Positions 7,286 to 15,973 of a DNA stretch of 32,000 bases are shown here, in pieces; the stretch's first letter is position 1; each line of letters begins with the position of its first letter. This stretch comes from Erysipelothrix larvae (GTDB taxonomy: Bacteria; Bacillota_I; Bacilli_A; Erysipelotrichales; Erysipelotrichaceae), in the NCBI RefSeq assembly GCF_001545095.1, contig NZ_CP013213.1, positions 2,400,001 to 2,432,000 on the forward strand, in the 5' to 3' direction. The position numbers and the translations under genes are program-made. The notes under the pieces were generated by a model that made no database searches, was not told where the DNA came from, and saw only the letters and a program-made list of their open reading frames with translations.

Positions 7286-8821
7286 TTATCCTCTTTCTTT
7301 AACTCCTAGCATATGCTGCATCACTGTTTCTTCCGTTAATTGATCACGTGGTATTTCTCCAGTAATCCGACCTTCACAAAGCGCATACACACGATCTGAC
7401 ATACCAATTAATTCAGGTAAATCTGATGAAATCATGATTACACCTTTGCCAACGCGTGCGATTTCATTCATAAGTTTATAAATTTCAAATTTAGCCCCTA
7501 CATCGATTCCTCGTGTTGGTTCATCAAGAATGAGTACATCAGGGTTTGTCATTAACCATTTACTTAGGACAACTTTTTGCTGATTTCCTCCACTCAAATT
7601 TCCAACTTGCTGGTGAACAGATGGCGTTTTTATATTCAACATAGTCCGATACTTTTCTGCCGCAGACACTTCCTCGTGTTGATCCACAACGCCATAATGA
7701 CAAATCTCATCTAAACTTGAAAGTGATATGTTTTTATTCACAGTATCATTAAGTATCAGTCCCGCTTCTTTTCTATCTTCGGTAACATAGGCTAAACCAC
7801 TATCAATTGCGTCTTTTACACTATTAAATACAACTTTTTTTCCATTTAGTATGATTTCTCCGCTAATATTGGAACCATACATTTTTCCAAATAAACTCAA
7901 CGCTAGTTCAGTCCGCCCCGAGCCCATAAGTCCTGCAATACCAACAATCTCACCAGCTCTTAGGTTTAACGAGACATCTCGAATAATTTGACGAGTCTTA
8001 TCTAGCTCATGGTATACATTCCAGTTTTTAACTTCAAAAATTACATCCTCAATGATTGCATCCTTTTCTGGATACGCGTGTGCAAGATCCCGTCCAACCA
8101 TGCTTTTAATCATTCGTGCTTCAACATTAGGATTAACATCTTCAATATCATCAACTACACACCCATCTCGTAGGACAGATATATGATCAGCAGTGCTCAT
8201 GATTTCATTGAGTTTATGAGATATGATTATTGAAGTAACCCCTTCTTGCTTAAAACGCTTAATTAGATCCAATAAATTTGCACTCTCTGTTTCGTTTAAT
8301 GCCGCTGTTGGTTCATCAAGAATCAATAACTTGGCTTTTTTTGAAACTGCTTTTGCAATCTCTACTAATTGTTGTTGTCCCACCGATAATTCCGATATCA
8401 TCGTTAATGGATCGATATTGAGCCCAACTGTGCTCAATAATCTTCTTGCCTCGCTTATACTTTGGTAGTAGTCAACCACACCACCACTTCCAATTTCGTT
8501 CCCTAAGAAGATATTGTCAACAATCGTCATATTCGGAATTAACGCTAATTCCTGATGGATAATAACTATTCCTAATGCTTCACTATCACGGACTCCTTGG
8601 AATTGACACGTTTGACTATCGTAATAAATATTTCCACTGTATTCAGAATGTGGGTATACACCACTCAACACTTTCATTAATGTTGATTTCCCTGCTCCGT
8701 TTTCTCCACAGAGTGCATGGATAGTATTTCGTTCTACTTGGAAATTGACGTTTGATAAAGCCTTAACAACCCCGAATTCCTTCGTAATATTTTGCATTTC
8801 TAAAATTATATCTTTTTGCAT
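7286..8821 (-). CDS. sugar ABC transporter ATP-binding protein with duplicated ATPase domains (GguA/AraG/MglA-like)
   Basis: 511 aa. Walker A: GENGAGKST. Signatures: LSVGQQQ and LSGGNQQK. Walker B: LLILDEPT and VLILDEPT. Two fused NBDs are typical of CUT2 importers. Confidence 0.92.
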   Translation of the reverse strand: MQKDIILEMQNITKEFGVVKALSNVNFQVERNTIHALCGENGAGKSTLMKVLSGVYPHSEYSGNIYYDSQTCQFQGVRDSEALGIVIIHQELALIPNMTIVDNIFLGNEIGSGGVVDYYQSISEARRLLSTVGLNIDPLTMISELSVGQQQLVEIAKAVSKKAKLLILDEPTAALNETESANLLDLIKRFKQEGVTSIIISHKLNEIMSTADHISVLRDGCVVDDIEDVNPNVEARMIKSMVGRDLAHAYPEKDAIIEDVIFEVKNWNVYHELDKTRQIIRDVSLNLRAGEIVGIAGLMGSGRTELALSLFGKMYGSNISGEIILNGKKVVFNSVKDAIDSGLAYVTEDRKEAGLILNDTVNKNISLSSLDEICHYGVVDQHEEVSAAEKYRTMLNIKTPSVHQQVGNLSGGNQQKVVLSKWLMTNPDVLILDEPTRGIDVGAKFEIYKLMNEIARVGKGVIMISSDLPELIGMSDRVYALCEGRITGEIPRDQLTEETVMQHMLGVKERG

Positions 8822-8835
8822 AAATACTCACCTTT

Positions 8836-8870
8836 TTTAAAAAAACAAGGTATAGAAAGCTATACCTTGT
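8836..8870 (-). terminator. intra-operon hairpin plus U-tract between the binding-protein and ATPase genes (partial terminator or mRNA stabiliser)
   Basis: Perfect 10-bp stem: acaaggtata (8845-8854) with tataccttgt (8861-8870), and a 6-nt loop. The minus-strand RNA then continues with UUUUUUU. Confidence 0.5.
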
Positions 8871-8880
8871 TGTTATATCG

Positions 8881-9969
8881 CTATTCTAATCCTAAATCTG
8901 CAGCAGTGAAGTACCCGCTATCTATTAAGATTTCTCTAAAATTTGAGATATCTACTGATTGAGGAACAAGTAAGTATGACGGAACAATTTTTGCTCCATT
9001 ATCATATGTTTCAGTGTCATTGATTTCAACTTCTGTACCCTCGAGTAATGATTGAACCATTTCAGCAGCTTTCTCTGCTAGCTTACGTGTATCTTTAAAT
9101 ACTGTTTGTGATTGCTCACCAGCGATGATTGATTTTACACCCGCTTCAGTAGCATCTTGACCTGTAACTAACGGTAATGGTAACTCATCTGTTCCATATC
9201 CTATAGCTTTCAGTGATTCAATTACTCCTAATGAAATTGGATCATATGGCGATAGAACTACATCAACTGTTTTTCCTGTTGAGTAATGAGCATTAAGGAT
9301 ATTATCCATACGAGTTTGAGCAGTTGCTCCATCCCAACGCAAAGTAGCAGCTTGGTTAAATTCTGTTTGACCACTTGCTACCACAAGTGTGCCATCTTCG
9401 AAATATGGTTTCAATGTATCGATTGCTCCATCCCAGAAGAATAATGAGTTATTATCATCAGGAGATCCACCAAATAGTTCAATATTGAATGTTTCATCTG
9501 TGTTTTCTAGGTCTAAAGAATCAATAATGAAATTTGCTTGTAGGACTCCAACGCTGTAATTATCAAATGTAGCATAATAGTCAACATATTCACTATTCAT
9601 GAGAAGACGGTCATAAGCAATGACACGAATTCCTTCTTCATTTGCTTTTGCAAGTACATCAGTCAATGCGCTACCATCGACAGCTGCGATTACAAGAACA
9701 TCAACGCCTTTGGTAATCATATTTTCAATTTGGGATACTTGGTCTTCTACGACATCTTCCGCATATTGCAAATCGGTACTATATCCTAATTCTTCTAATA
9801 TTTTAACCATATTTGAACCATCAGAAATCCAACGTTCAGCAGATTGTGTTGGCATTGATATTCCAACGAACCCTTTTGATGATCCGGTATCACCACTATT
9901 TGAACATCCAGCAATCATTAAGACCACCATCAGTAGAACAACTAACATTTTACTTTGCTTTAATTTCAT
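8881..9969 (-). CDS. sugar ABC transporter substrate-binding lipoprotein (ChvE-like, multiple monosaccharide/arabinose)
   Basis: 362 aa. Lipobox: MLVVLLMVVLMIAGC-S. Type I PBP fold cues: GISMPT...RW, VIAYDRL and TVFKDTR. The size and partner genes match ChvE-GguAB-type systems. The substrate is inferred from the ara context. Confidence 0.85.
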   Translation of the reverse strand: MKLKQSKMLVVLLMVVLMIAGCSNSGDTGSSKGFVGISMPTQSAERWISDGSNMVKILEELGYSTDLQYAEDVVEDQVSQIENMITKGVDVLVIAAVDGSALTDVLAKANEEGIRVIAYDRLLMNSEYVDYYATFDNYSVGVLQANFIIDSLDLENTDETFNIELFGGSPDDNNSLFFWDGAIDTLKPYFEDGTLVVASGQTEFNQAATLRWDGATAQTRMDNILNAHYSTGKTVDVVLSPYDPISLGVIESLKAIGYGTDELPLPLVTGQDATEAGVKSIIAGEQSQTVFKDTRKLAEKAAEMVQSLLEGTEVEINDTETYDNGAKIVPSYLLVPQSVDISNFREILIDSGYFTAADLGLE

Positions 9970-10034
9970 TTCAAAGCCTCCTTTTCTAAATGTTAATTAA
10001 AATCTAGACAAATCTTTTGCTATCACACCCTATA

Positions 10035-10048
10035 TGATAGCGCTTACG
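10035..10048 (-). promoter_or_regulatory. cre-like (CcpA) 14-mer TGATAGCGCTTACG just downstream of the internal ara promoter
   Basis: Compared with the consensus WTGNAANCGNWNNCW there are 2 deviations, and the central GCGC is intact. It ends 6 nt from the -10, the same offset as the cre-like site at the araB-position promoter. Confidence 0.4.
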
Positions 10049-10056
10049 AACAAAGT
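10041..10056 (-). promoter_or_regulatory. third AraR-like half-degenerate box (minus strand reads ACTTTGTTCGTAAGCG)
   Basis: It contains the core TTGTTCGTAAG, overlaps the cre-like element, and directly abuts the -10. Confidence 0.35.
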
Positions 10057-10081
10057 ATATCATATTGTCCGTACATGTCAA
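10054..10081 (-). promoter_or_regulatory. internal promoter for the transporter genes
   Basis: Minus strand reads TTGACA (10081-10076), a 16-nt spacer ending in TGa, then TATACT (10059-10054). Confidence 0.6.
10062..10078 (-). promoter_or_regulatory. AraR operator, proximal (in the -35/-10 spacer)
   Basis: Plus strand reads ATATTGTCCGTACATGT, with core TTGTcCGTACA. This matches the TTGTACGTACAA-type AraR box known from Bacillus and Clostridium. Confidence 0.6.
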
Positions 10082-10104
10082 TATATTTTGTGAAATTTAT
10101 ATGT

Positions 10105-10121
10105 AAATTGTTCGTACAAGA
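10105..10121 (-). promoter_or_regulatory. AraR operator, distal, abutting the araA stop codon
   Basis: Plus strand reads AAATTGTTCGTACAAGA, with core TTGTtCGTACAA. The core starts exactly 43 bp from the proximal core (10108 versus 10065). Confidence 0.6.
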
Positions 10122-11546
10122 TTAACGTATTACAACAACTTCAACATTACACAAGTTTGCCCACCATTCTATTTGCTCTACTGTGACATGAAGTGAAGCA
10201 ACCGTATGGTGCCCACCACCAACACGGATCCATTCTTTTACTCCCTGAGTAAAGCCAGGTTTTGGTTTCCATAAAACTCGTGCAACTGGTAGATTAGGTG
10301 CCGGTGTATCTGGTTTGATTGCTTCGATTTCGTTCACGATCACTTTAAAGTTATTCCCAAAATCCGCAACCGTAACCGCGATTCCTTCACCTTCTCCACC
10401 ATCAAATACAAGACGTGCTGGATCTGCTTTATTTCCAATACCTAAAGGGGATACAACAATTCTAGGTTTATTACTTGAAAAGGTTGGATCTACTTCTAAC
10501 ATATGCGATTGTAGAATTGCTTCTTTTCCTACTGCAAGCTCATAAGTATAGTCTTCCATAAAACCAGTTTCTTTATTATGGCTTGCGATTTTCATAAAAC
10601 GGTCTAGAGCAGCAGTTTTCCAATCACCTTCTCCTGCAAATCCATACCCTTGTGCCATAAGTCGTTGAACAGCCAATCCAGGCAGTTGTTCCATACCATA
10701 TAGGTCTTCAAAGTTTGTTGAGAATGCAGTATATCCACCTTTTTCTAGGAAGCGTTTTAGTGCTATTTCGTAACTCACTTGAACTTTTACATGGTGTTCC
10801 CACACTCTTGGTTCATAATTACCGTAGTCAAAGTCATATAAGTCTTTATACGTTTCAAACAAAGCATCCACTTCTGATGCTTCAACCTGGTTTACTTCTG
10901 CAACCAAATCTCCAATTCCAAAGTAATCGACATACCATCCGAATTTGATTTGTGCTTCGATCTTGTCACCATCTGTCACCGCAACATTACGCATATTATC
11001 GCCAAAACGCGCTACTTTAATATTGAATCCTTCATTGTATGCTACCGCTATGTCCATCCAACGAGCAATTTGTGCTTGTACATCTTCGTGTTTCCAATAT
11101 CCAACGACAATCTCATTGTTTTTCTTAAGTCTCGCATTAATATACCCATATTCGCGATCTCCGTGTGCAGATTGATTGAGATTCATAAAGTCCATATCAA
11201 TGGTTTCCCAAGGAATGCTTTCATTAAACTGTGTCGCTAGGTGTAACAACGGTTTTGTTAATAATTGTGTTCCACGAATCCACATTTTTGCTGGTGAAAA
11301 TGTATGCATCCACGTAATAATCCCAGCAACATTATCATCGTAATTTGCTTCTTTCATAATTTGAGTGATGCCATCACTTGAAGTTGCAAGCTCCTTTAGT
11401 ACAATTGGATATTTGAATTGACCACTGTCATTCAATGTATCTGCCATAACCTTGGCATGACTTAAAACTTCTTTAAGTGCTTCATCCCCATATAGATTTT
11501 GTGACCCAACAACAAACCAAAATTCCTTATTACTAACTGTTAACAT
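10122..11546 (-). CDS. araA: L-arabinose isomerase
   Basis: I set the start at the ATG at 11546 ([20 protein letters not shown]...), giving 474 aa. The track's 11-codon extension would overlap araD. Characteristic N-terminus FWFV.GSQ.LYG, plus ...MEDYTYE... and the end ...GGHHTV.... Confidence 0.93.
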   Translation of the reverse strand: MLTVSNKEFWFVVGSQNLYGDEALKEVLSHAKVMADTLNDSGQFKYPIVLKELATSSDGITQIMKEANYDDNVAGIITWMHTFSPAKMWIRGTQLLTKPLLHLATQFNESIPWETIDMDFMNLNQSAHGDREYGYINARLKKNNEIVVGYWKHEDVQAQIARWMDIAVAYNEGFNIKVARFGDNMRNVAVTDGDKIEAQIKFGWYVDYFGIGDLVAEVNQVEASEVDALFETYKDLYDFDYGNYEPRVWEHHVKVQVSYEIALKRFLEKGGYTAFSTNFEDLYGMEQLPGLAVQRLMAQGYGFAGEGDWKTAALDRFMKIASHNKETGFMEDYTYELAVGKEAILQSHMLEVDPTFSSNKPRIVVSPLGIGNKADPARLVFDGGEGEGIAVTVADFGNNFKVIVNEIEAIKPDTPAPNLPVARVLWKPKPGFTQGVKEWIRVGGGHHTVASLHVTVEQIEWWANLCNVEVVVIR

Positions 11547-11550
11547 ATTT

Positions 11551-12252
11551 TTATCCCTTCTTTTGCCCGTAATAGGCATTTTTACCTTTTTTTCTTAAGT
11601 AATGTTTATCAAGTATTTCTTGCGGCAAGTATGATGCATCGTGCTTTAACATTTGTGTTCGATAATTCATCTTGCACACTTCTTCGAGAACTACTGCATG
11701 CACAACTGCATCCTTTGCATTTTTACCCCATGTAAACGGTCCATGACCATGTAATAAAATAGCTGGGATTGCTTCATAATCGATCCCTTGTTTCACAAAT
11801 GTATCGACAATCAGTTGTCCAGTCTCATATTCATAGCCACGGTCGATTTCTTCTTGATTCAAATAGCGAGCGCAAGGTACTGGTCCATAAAAGGTATCTG
11901 CATGCGTTGTCCCATATACTGGAACATCTAAACCTGCTTGTGCCCATGATGTAGCCCATGGTGAATGTGTATGAACTACACCACCAATATGATCAAATGC
12001 TTTATAAAGGGCCGCATGTGTAAGTGTATCAGAGGAAGGATTGAGATCACCTTCTACAACCTTGCCATCAAAGTCGCAAACGACCATGTTTTCAGGTGAT
12101 AAGTCTTCATAATCAACGCCACTTGGTTTAATCACAAAGAGTTTCTTTTCTCTACAGACACCACTCACATTACCCCATGTATATTTGATGAGATTCTGGT
12201 TTTTTAGCTCCATATTTGCGAGATATACTTCTTCTCTTAGTACCTCAAGCAT
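11551..12252 (-). CDS. araD: L-ribulose-5-phosphate 4-epimerase
   Basis: Start at the ATG at 12252, following AAAGGAAG with 8-nt spacing. 233 aa. Class II aldolase/adducin fold motifs: GNVSG, VIKPSGV and HTHS. The ATG overlaps the kinase stop codon (ATGCTTGA). Confidence 0.92.
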   Translation of the reverse strand: MLEVLREEVYLANMELKNQNLIKYTWGNVSGVCREKKLFVIKPSGVDYEDLSPENMVVCDFDGKVVEGDLNPSSDTLTHAALYKAFDHIGGVVHTHSPWATSWAQAGLDVPVYGTTHADTFYGPVPCARYLNQEEIDRGYEYETGQLIVDTFVKQGIDYEAIPAILLHGHGPFTWGKNAKDAVVHAVVLEEVCKMNYRTQMLKHDASYLPQEILDKHYLRKKGKNAYYGQKKG

Positions 12253-13837
12253 GTGAATCACTTCCTTTCACAAATACATTGATTGCTTCTTTTTCTACAC
12301 TAAGGCACTTTTCGAAATGTGTTGCGTACCTACAGTAAGCTTCGACTTCAGATATTTCAGGTTCACATGTTATTTCTTTAACATCGCTAAAGATTTCTTC
12401 ACTGAGATAGTCTTCAAGTAGTTTACCACTACCATCTATACAATAACGCGCGAGAATCGCCATCCCCCATGCGCCTCCCTCTGAAGCTGTATCCATCACA
12501 GTGACTGAACTTCCCATTGCTTGCGCAATAATCTTCTGAGCAACCCCTTTTGTTTGGAATATGCCGCCATGTGCAATCATCGATTTGATCAGTACACCTT
12601 CTTCTTTTAAAATTCTCATACCTAAGTGTAGTGTAGCAAATGCACTATCTAAATGTGCTCTCATGAAGTTCGAAACATTTAGTTGAGCATCTGGGGTCCG
12701 CATATAAAGTGGACACCCATAATCTAGACCCGTTATCGTTTCTCCTGAATGATAACCATAAACAATGTGATTATGTTGGTCTGCTGCATCTAATGCTAAA
12801 TTAAAGCTTTTTTCAAACAACTCTTTTTTATTTACTTCATATCCCATCATTTCAACTACTTCTGTCATGAGTTCAATCCAAGCATTAATTTCTGATGTAC
12901 AGTTATTTGCATGAACCATCGCAACAGGATTACCACTCGGTGTTGTGACCATATCAATTTCTGGGTAAACTTTAGTCAGTAAGTGGTCCATAACAACCAT
13001 CGCAAACACTGATGTTCCTACAGACACATTTCCCGTTTCATTTTTGACACTATTTGTCGCAACCATCCCTGTTCCTGCATCACCTTCAGGAGGAGCAAGG
13101 CAGATGCCAGATGGTAAACTTCCAGATGGATCAAGTAGTTTAAGTCCTTCTTCCGTAAGGAATCCAGCATTCTGCCCTGCAATGAGAACTTCCGGTAATA
13201 GGTGTTGAATATCAAGGTTTAAACCAATAGGTTTTATTAATTCATCGAATTTATGCAGAATTTCCTTATCATATGTTTTTCCATCAGACGATATTGGAAA
13301 CATTCCTGAGGCATCACCTACGCCAAGAACTTTATTCCCTGTTAATCTCCAATGTACATATCCAGCTAATGTTGTTATAAAGTCGATCTCTCTGACATGT
13401 GTTTCTTTATTCAATATGGCTTGATACAAATGGGCAATACTCCATCTTTGAGGAATATTAAAATTGAAAGATTCTGTTAATACTCCACTCGCCTCTTCTG
13501 TAATTACATTTCGCCACGTTCTAAAAGGAACCAACAAAAGTCCATTTTTATCAAATGGAAGATATCCATGCATCATTGCACTTATCCCTAGAGACTCTAT
13601 GTTCGAAATATTAACCCCAAGATTTTGTGACTGTTCAATAATCTGTTTTATCACTTCTTGGATACCAACCCAAACTTCATCTAGAGAATACGTCCATATC
13701 CCGTCAGCTAGTTGATTTTCCCATTCATAAATACCGTTAGTTATAGTTTTCCCTTTACAATCTATTAAAACTGCTTTAATTCTAGTGGAACCTAATTCGA
13801 TTCCTAAGCTAAGTTTATCTTTTGTATTATTTAACAT
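12245..13837 (-). CDS. FGGY-family sugar kinase, predicted ribulokinase (xylulokinase/AraK-like rather than classical AraB)
   Basis: 530 aa. N-terminal ATPase motif LGIELGSTRIKAVLID. C-terminal FGGY motif HGGIFQTKGVAQKIIAQAMGSSVTVMDTASEGGAWGMAILA. It is the first gene of the kinase-araD-araA unit. Confidence 0.75.
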   Translation of the reverse strand: MLNNTKDKLSLGIELGSTRIKAVLIDCKGKTITNGIYEWENQLADGIWTYSLDEVWVGIQEVIKQIIEQSQNLGVNISNIESLGISAMMHGYLPFDKNGLLLVPFRTWRNVITEEASGVLTESFNFNIPQRWSIAHLYQAILNKETHVREIDFITTLAGYVHWRLTGNKVLGVGDASGMFPISSDGKTYDKEILHKFDELIKPIGLNLDIQHLLPEVLIAGQNAGFLTEEGLKLLDPSGSLPSGICLAPPEGDAGTGMVATNSVKNETGNVSVGTSVFAMVVMDHLLTKVYPEIDMVTTPSGNPVAMVHANNCTSEINAWIELMTEVVEMMGYEVNKKELFEKSFNLALDAADQHNHIVYGYHSGETITGLDYGCPLYMRTPDAQLNVSNFMRAHLDSAFATLHLGMRILKEEGVLIKSMIAHGGIFQTKGVAQKIIAQAMGSSVTVMDTASEGGAWGMAILARYCIDGSGKLLEDYLSEEIFSDVKEITCEPEISEVEAYCRYATHFEKCLSVEKEAINVFVKGSDSHA

Positions 13838-13856
13838 AGTCTATCCTTTCCTCACA

Positions 13857-13870
13857 TGTAACCACTTACA
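13857..13870 (-). promoter_or_regulatory. cre-like (CcpA) palindrome TGTAACCACTTACA in the ara leader
   Basis: The arms TGTAA/TTACA are perfect. The central CG is replaced (CCAC). It ends 6 nt from the -10. Confidence 0.35.
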
Positions 13871-13875
13871 TTCCA

Positions 13876-13903
13876 ATTATAGCAACTTGTACGGATAAGT
13901 CAA
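13876..13903 (-). promoter_or_regulatory. main ara operon promoter
   Basis: Minus strand reads TTGACT (13903-13898), a 16-nt spacer ending in TGc, then TATAAT (13881-13876). Confidence 0.68.
13884..13900 (-). promoter_or_regulatory. AraR operator, proximal (in the -35/-10 spacer)
   Basis: Plus strand reads AACTTGTACGGATAAGT. The box starts 8 nt from the -10 start, the same offset as at the internal promoter. Confidence 0.6.
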
Positions 13904-13926
13904 TAGATTTTCTTGTGTTTGTCGAT

Positions 13927-13943
13927 AACTTGTACGTATAACT
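13927..13943 (-). promoter_or_regulatory. AraR operator, distal
   Basis: Plus strand reads AACTTGTACGTATAACT. The core starts 43 bp from the proximal core (13930 versus 13887). Confidence 0.6.
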
Positions 13944-14000
13944 GTGTTCTGTGTTTTCTTCCTCTCAATTTGCGTCCATAGAAGCTCAATTGATTTGCGC

Positions 14001-14044
14001 AAAAACAAAAAAAGTACTCAGCTATTATTGTTCTGAGTACTTTT
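14001..14044 (-). terminator. rho-independent terminator about 215 nt downstream of the MscS gene
   Basis: The stem aaagtactcag (14011-14021) pairs with ctgagtacttt (14033-14043). The minus-strand RNA continues UUUUUUUGUUUUUG. Confidence 0.6.
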
Positions 14045-14259
14045 ATCCCACAGAGCACAAATATCTACAACCTTAATATTTCCAAACGCGATGAACTGTT
14101 TATACGGAAATAAATGCAGCTCCCCCTGACCTGCAATTGATTGATAATTGTTCTCATATATAAAATATAACACTATTTTCACACAAATACATCAAATCTA
14201 GGGTAATTCTGATAGTGAAAGTATTAATACCAAGTTTCATCTTCTTTGAGTGAAGATGT

Positions 14260-15084
14260 TTAAACTTCACTTTTAGGGTTATATTCTTCCACTTCATCTA
14301 GGGTCTTCGATGACAATGTAATGTTTTCATCTCGGAGGCTTTTCACAAGTCTTCGCCTTAACATTGTCTCAACACCCCAATTCTTATCCGGCAATGTTCT
14401 ACAACTTACTCTTAGCACATAAAAGCGTTCTTCTAGGGTTGTTACACCATCAAATCCTGGTTTAGTAATCATCGGTTCTTCGAGTTCAATTTCATCTAGG
14501 GCTTTTTCAAGCACATTGATCACATGTTCCATCTCAAAGTGGTATGGCACTAAAAAGTCCACGACTGCTTTTCGATAATCACGAGACATATTAGTGACCA
14601 TATTGATATCCCCATTGGAAAGGATATACTGTTCTCCTGTGAGCGAGTTTCTTAGGCGCGTAGCGCGTAGTGTAATTGATTCCACAACACCTGTAACCCC
14701 ATTAATTGTCACAACATCACCGAGGTTAAAATGGTTCTCAGACAGAATAAAGAATCCTGATAAGAGGTCACGGATGAATTGTTGAGCACCAAGACCTAAG
14801 GAAACAGAGACTGCACTGGCTATGGCTACCATTGGAGTTGATGAAAACCCAAACACTTCAATAATCATCATCATCGCGATCACATACACGAGAACTTGAA
14901 TTGTTTTACGCATTACCGATAAATAGGTTTTTTGTTTCTGGGATTGTGTTCGTTTTATACCCCTTCGAATGAGATGTACAAAAAAGCGCTGGATGAGCCA
15001 CGCAACACTGAATATGATTACAGCAGAGATTACATTTCTAAGAATCGGTTCTCCTTCTAAAAACACTTCAATTTTATCTAACAT
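14260..15084 (-). CDS. mechanosensitive ion channel family protein (MscS-type)
   Basis: 274 aa with 3 N-terminal TM helices. Conserved beta-domain: FNLGDVVTINGVTGVVESITLRATRLRNSLTGEQYILSNGDI. Confidence 0.87.
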   Translation of the reverse strand: MLDKIEVFLEGEPILRNVISAVIIFSVAWLIQRFFVHLIRRGIKRTQSQKQKTYLSVMRKTIQVLVYVIAMMMIIEVFGFSSTPMVAIASAVSVSLGLGAQQFIRDLLSGFFILSENHFNLGDVVTINGVTGVVESITLRATRLRNSLTGEQYILSNGDINMVTNMSRDYRKAVVDFLVPYHFEMEHVINVLEKALDEIELEEPMITKPGFDGVTTLEERFYVLRVSCRTLPDKNWGVETMLRRRLVKSLRDENITLSSKTLDEVEEYNPKSEV

Positions 15085-15171
15085 AATATCACGACCTTAC
15101 ACACCTTATTTTAACATGGTTGTATGCTTTATTCTTTGTGAATTCTTGTTATTTGAACTAAAGTCTACAGC

Positions 15172-15220
15172 TAAAAAAAACAGTACATCATTGGGCAATA
15201 ACACCGTCTTGATATACTGT
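15172..15220 (-). terminator. rho-independent terminator after pflA
   Basis: Interrupted stem: cagta-c-atca ... tgat-a-tactg (15181-15219). The minus-strand RNA then has U8 (A-run at 15173-15180). Confidence 0.55.
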
Positions 15221-15223
15221 TAA

Positions 15224-15973
15224 CTAAGCTCTTCTTAATGCTCTGATTTGATCCTTCAAGTATTCTTGAAGTTTCATACATTCTTCTTTATTCATTGCAG
15301 GAACACCCTCCAATGGATAAGTGAGTCCCAGTGCATCGTATTTATTAACACCCATCGTATGATACGGGAGTAGCTCAATACGTTCAATATTCTTTAATGG
15401 AGCGATCATGTTCGCTAACTGATCCATATATTCAATCGAATCATGGATGCCAGGTACGACAACAACACGTATCCACATCTTAACATCTAAGCGTTGGGCT
15501 GTTTCTAAGAATGCATCGGTTACTTTCTTAGGAACTCCGGTCATTTTTCGATAGAAATCATCTTCGACACCTTTAATATCATACAAAATCAAATCAGTTT
15601 GACCCAGTATTTTTTCAAAGGTATTGAGCCGACCAAATCCAGATGTATCAAGAACGGTATTTATACCTTCTTCATGACATGCTTTCATTGCTTCATATAG
15701 AAACTCGGGTTGATTCAGTGGTTCACCACCACAGAATGTTACACCCCCTGTTTCGCCATAATATGGTTTATATCGTTTAAGCTTAGCGATTAGTTCTTCA
15801 ACTGTTGTCGCATCCTTAGGATCTGTTTTGAACATATCCGGATTATGACAGAATAGACAGCGAAGTGGACACCCCGAGAGGAACACAATTGTTCTGATTC
15901 CCGGGCCGTCCACCATCCCCATCGTTTCTAGTTTTCTGACATATCCAATCTGTGATCGATTAGATAGAGTCAT
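15224..15973 (-). CDS. pflA: pyruvate formate-lyase activating enzyme (radical SAM)
   Basis: 249 aa. N-terminal [26 protein letters not shown] carries the CxxxCxxC cluster. The segment [19 protein letters not shown] aligns with E. coli IGRIHSFESCGTVDGPGIR, which supports the long start. It overlaps pflB by 14 nt. Confidence 0.92.
   Translation of the reverse strand: MTLSNRSQIGYVRKLETMGMVDGPGIRTIVFLSGCPLRCLFCHNPDMFKTDPKDATTVEELIAKLKRYKPYYGETGGVTFCGGEPLNQPEFLYEAMKACHEEGINTVLDTSGFGRLNTFEKILGQTDLILYDIKGVEDDFYRKMTGVPKKVTDAFLETAQRLDVKMWIRVVVVPGIHDSIEYMDQLANMIAPLKNIERIELLPYHTMGVNKYDALGLTYPLEGVPAMNKEECMKLQEYLKDQIRALRRA

Noticed and set aside
6628-7302. ORFs 6628-7065(+), 6772-6963(-) and 7108-7302(+)
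   Set aside because: They lie antisense to, or in an alternative frame within, the ABC permease gene, and none has an SD.
8223-10000. Plus-strand ORFs 8223-8468 and 9620-10000
   Set aside because: They are antisense shadows of the ABC ATPase and binding-protein genes.
10315-11240. Four plus-strand ORFs inside araA, plus 11769-11954 inside araD
   Set aside because: They are antisense shadows of genes with clear enzyme motifs.
13018-13715. ORFs 13018-13215(-) and 13464-13715(+) inside the kinase gene
   Set aside because: They are alternative-frame or antisense ORFs within a conserved FGGY kinase.
14163-14249. 28-codon minus-strand ORF (MKLGINTFTIRITLDLMYLCENSVIFYI) downstream of mscS
   Set aside because: It has no SD and a composition typical of AT-rich spacer.
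14594-15223. Plus-strand ORFs 14594-14785 and 14969-15223
   Set aside because: They are antisense to the MscS gene and its promoter and terminator region, and neither has an SD.
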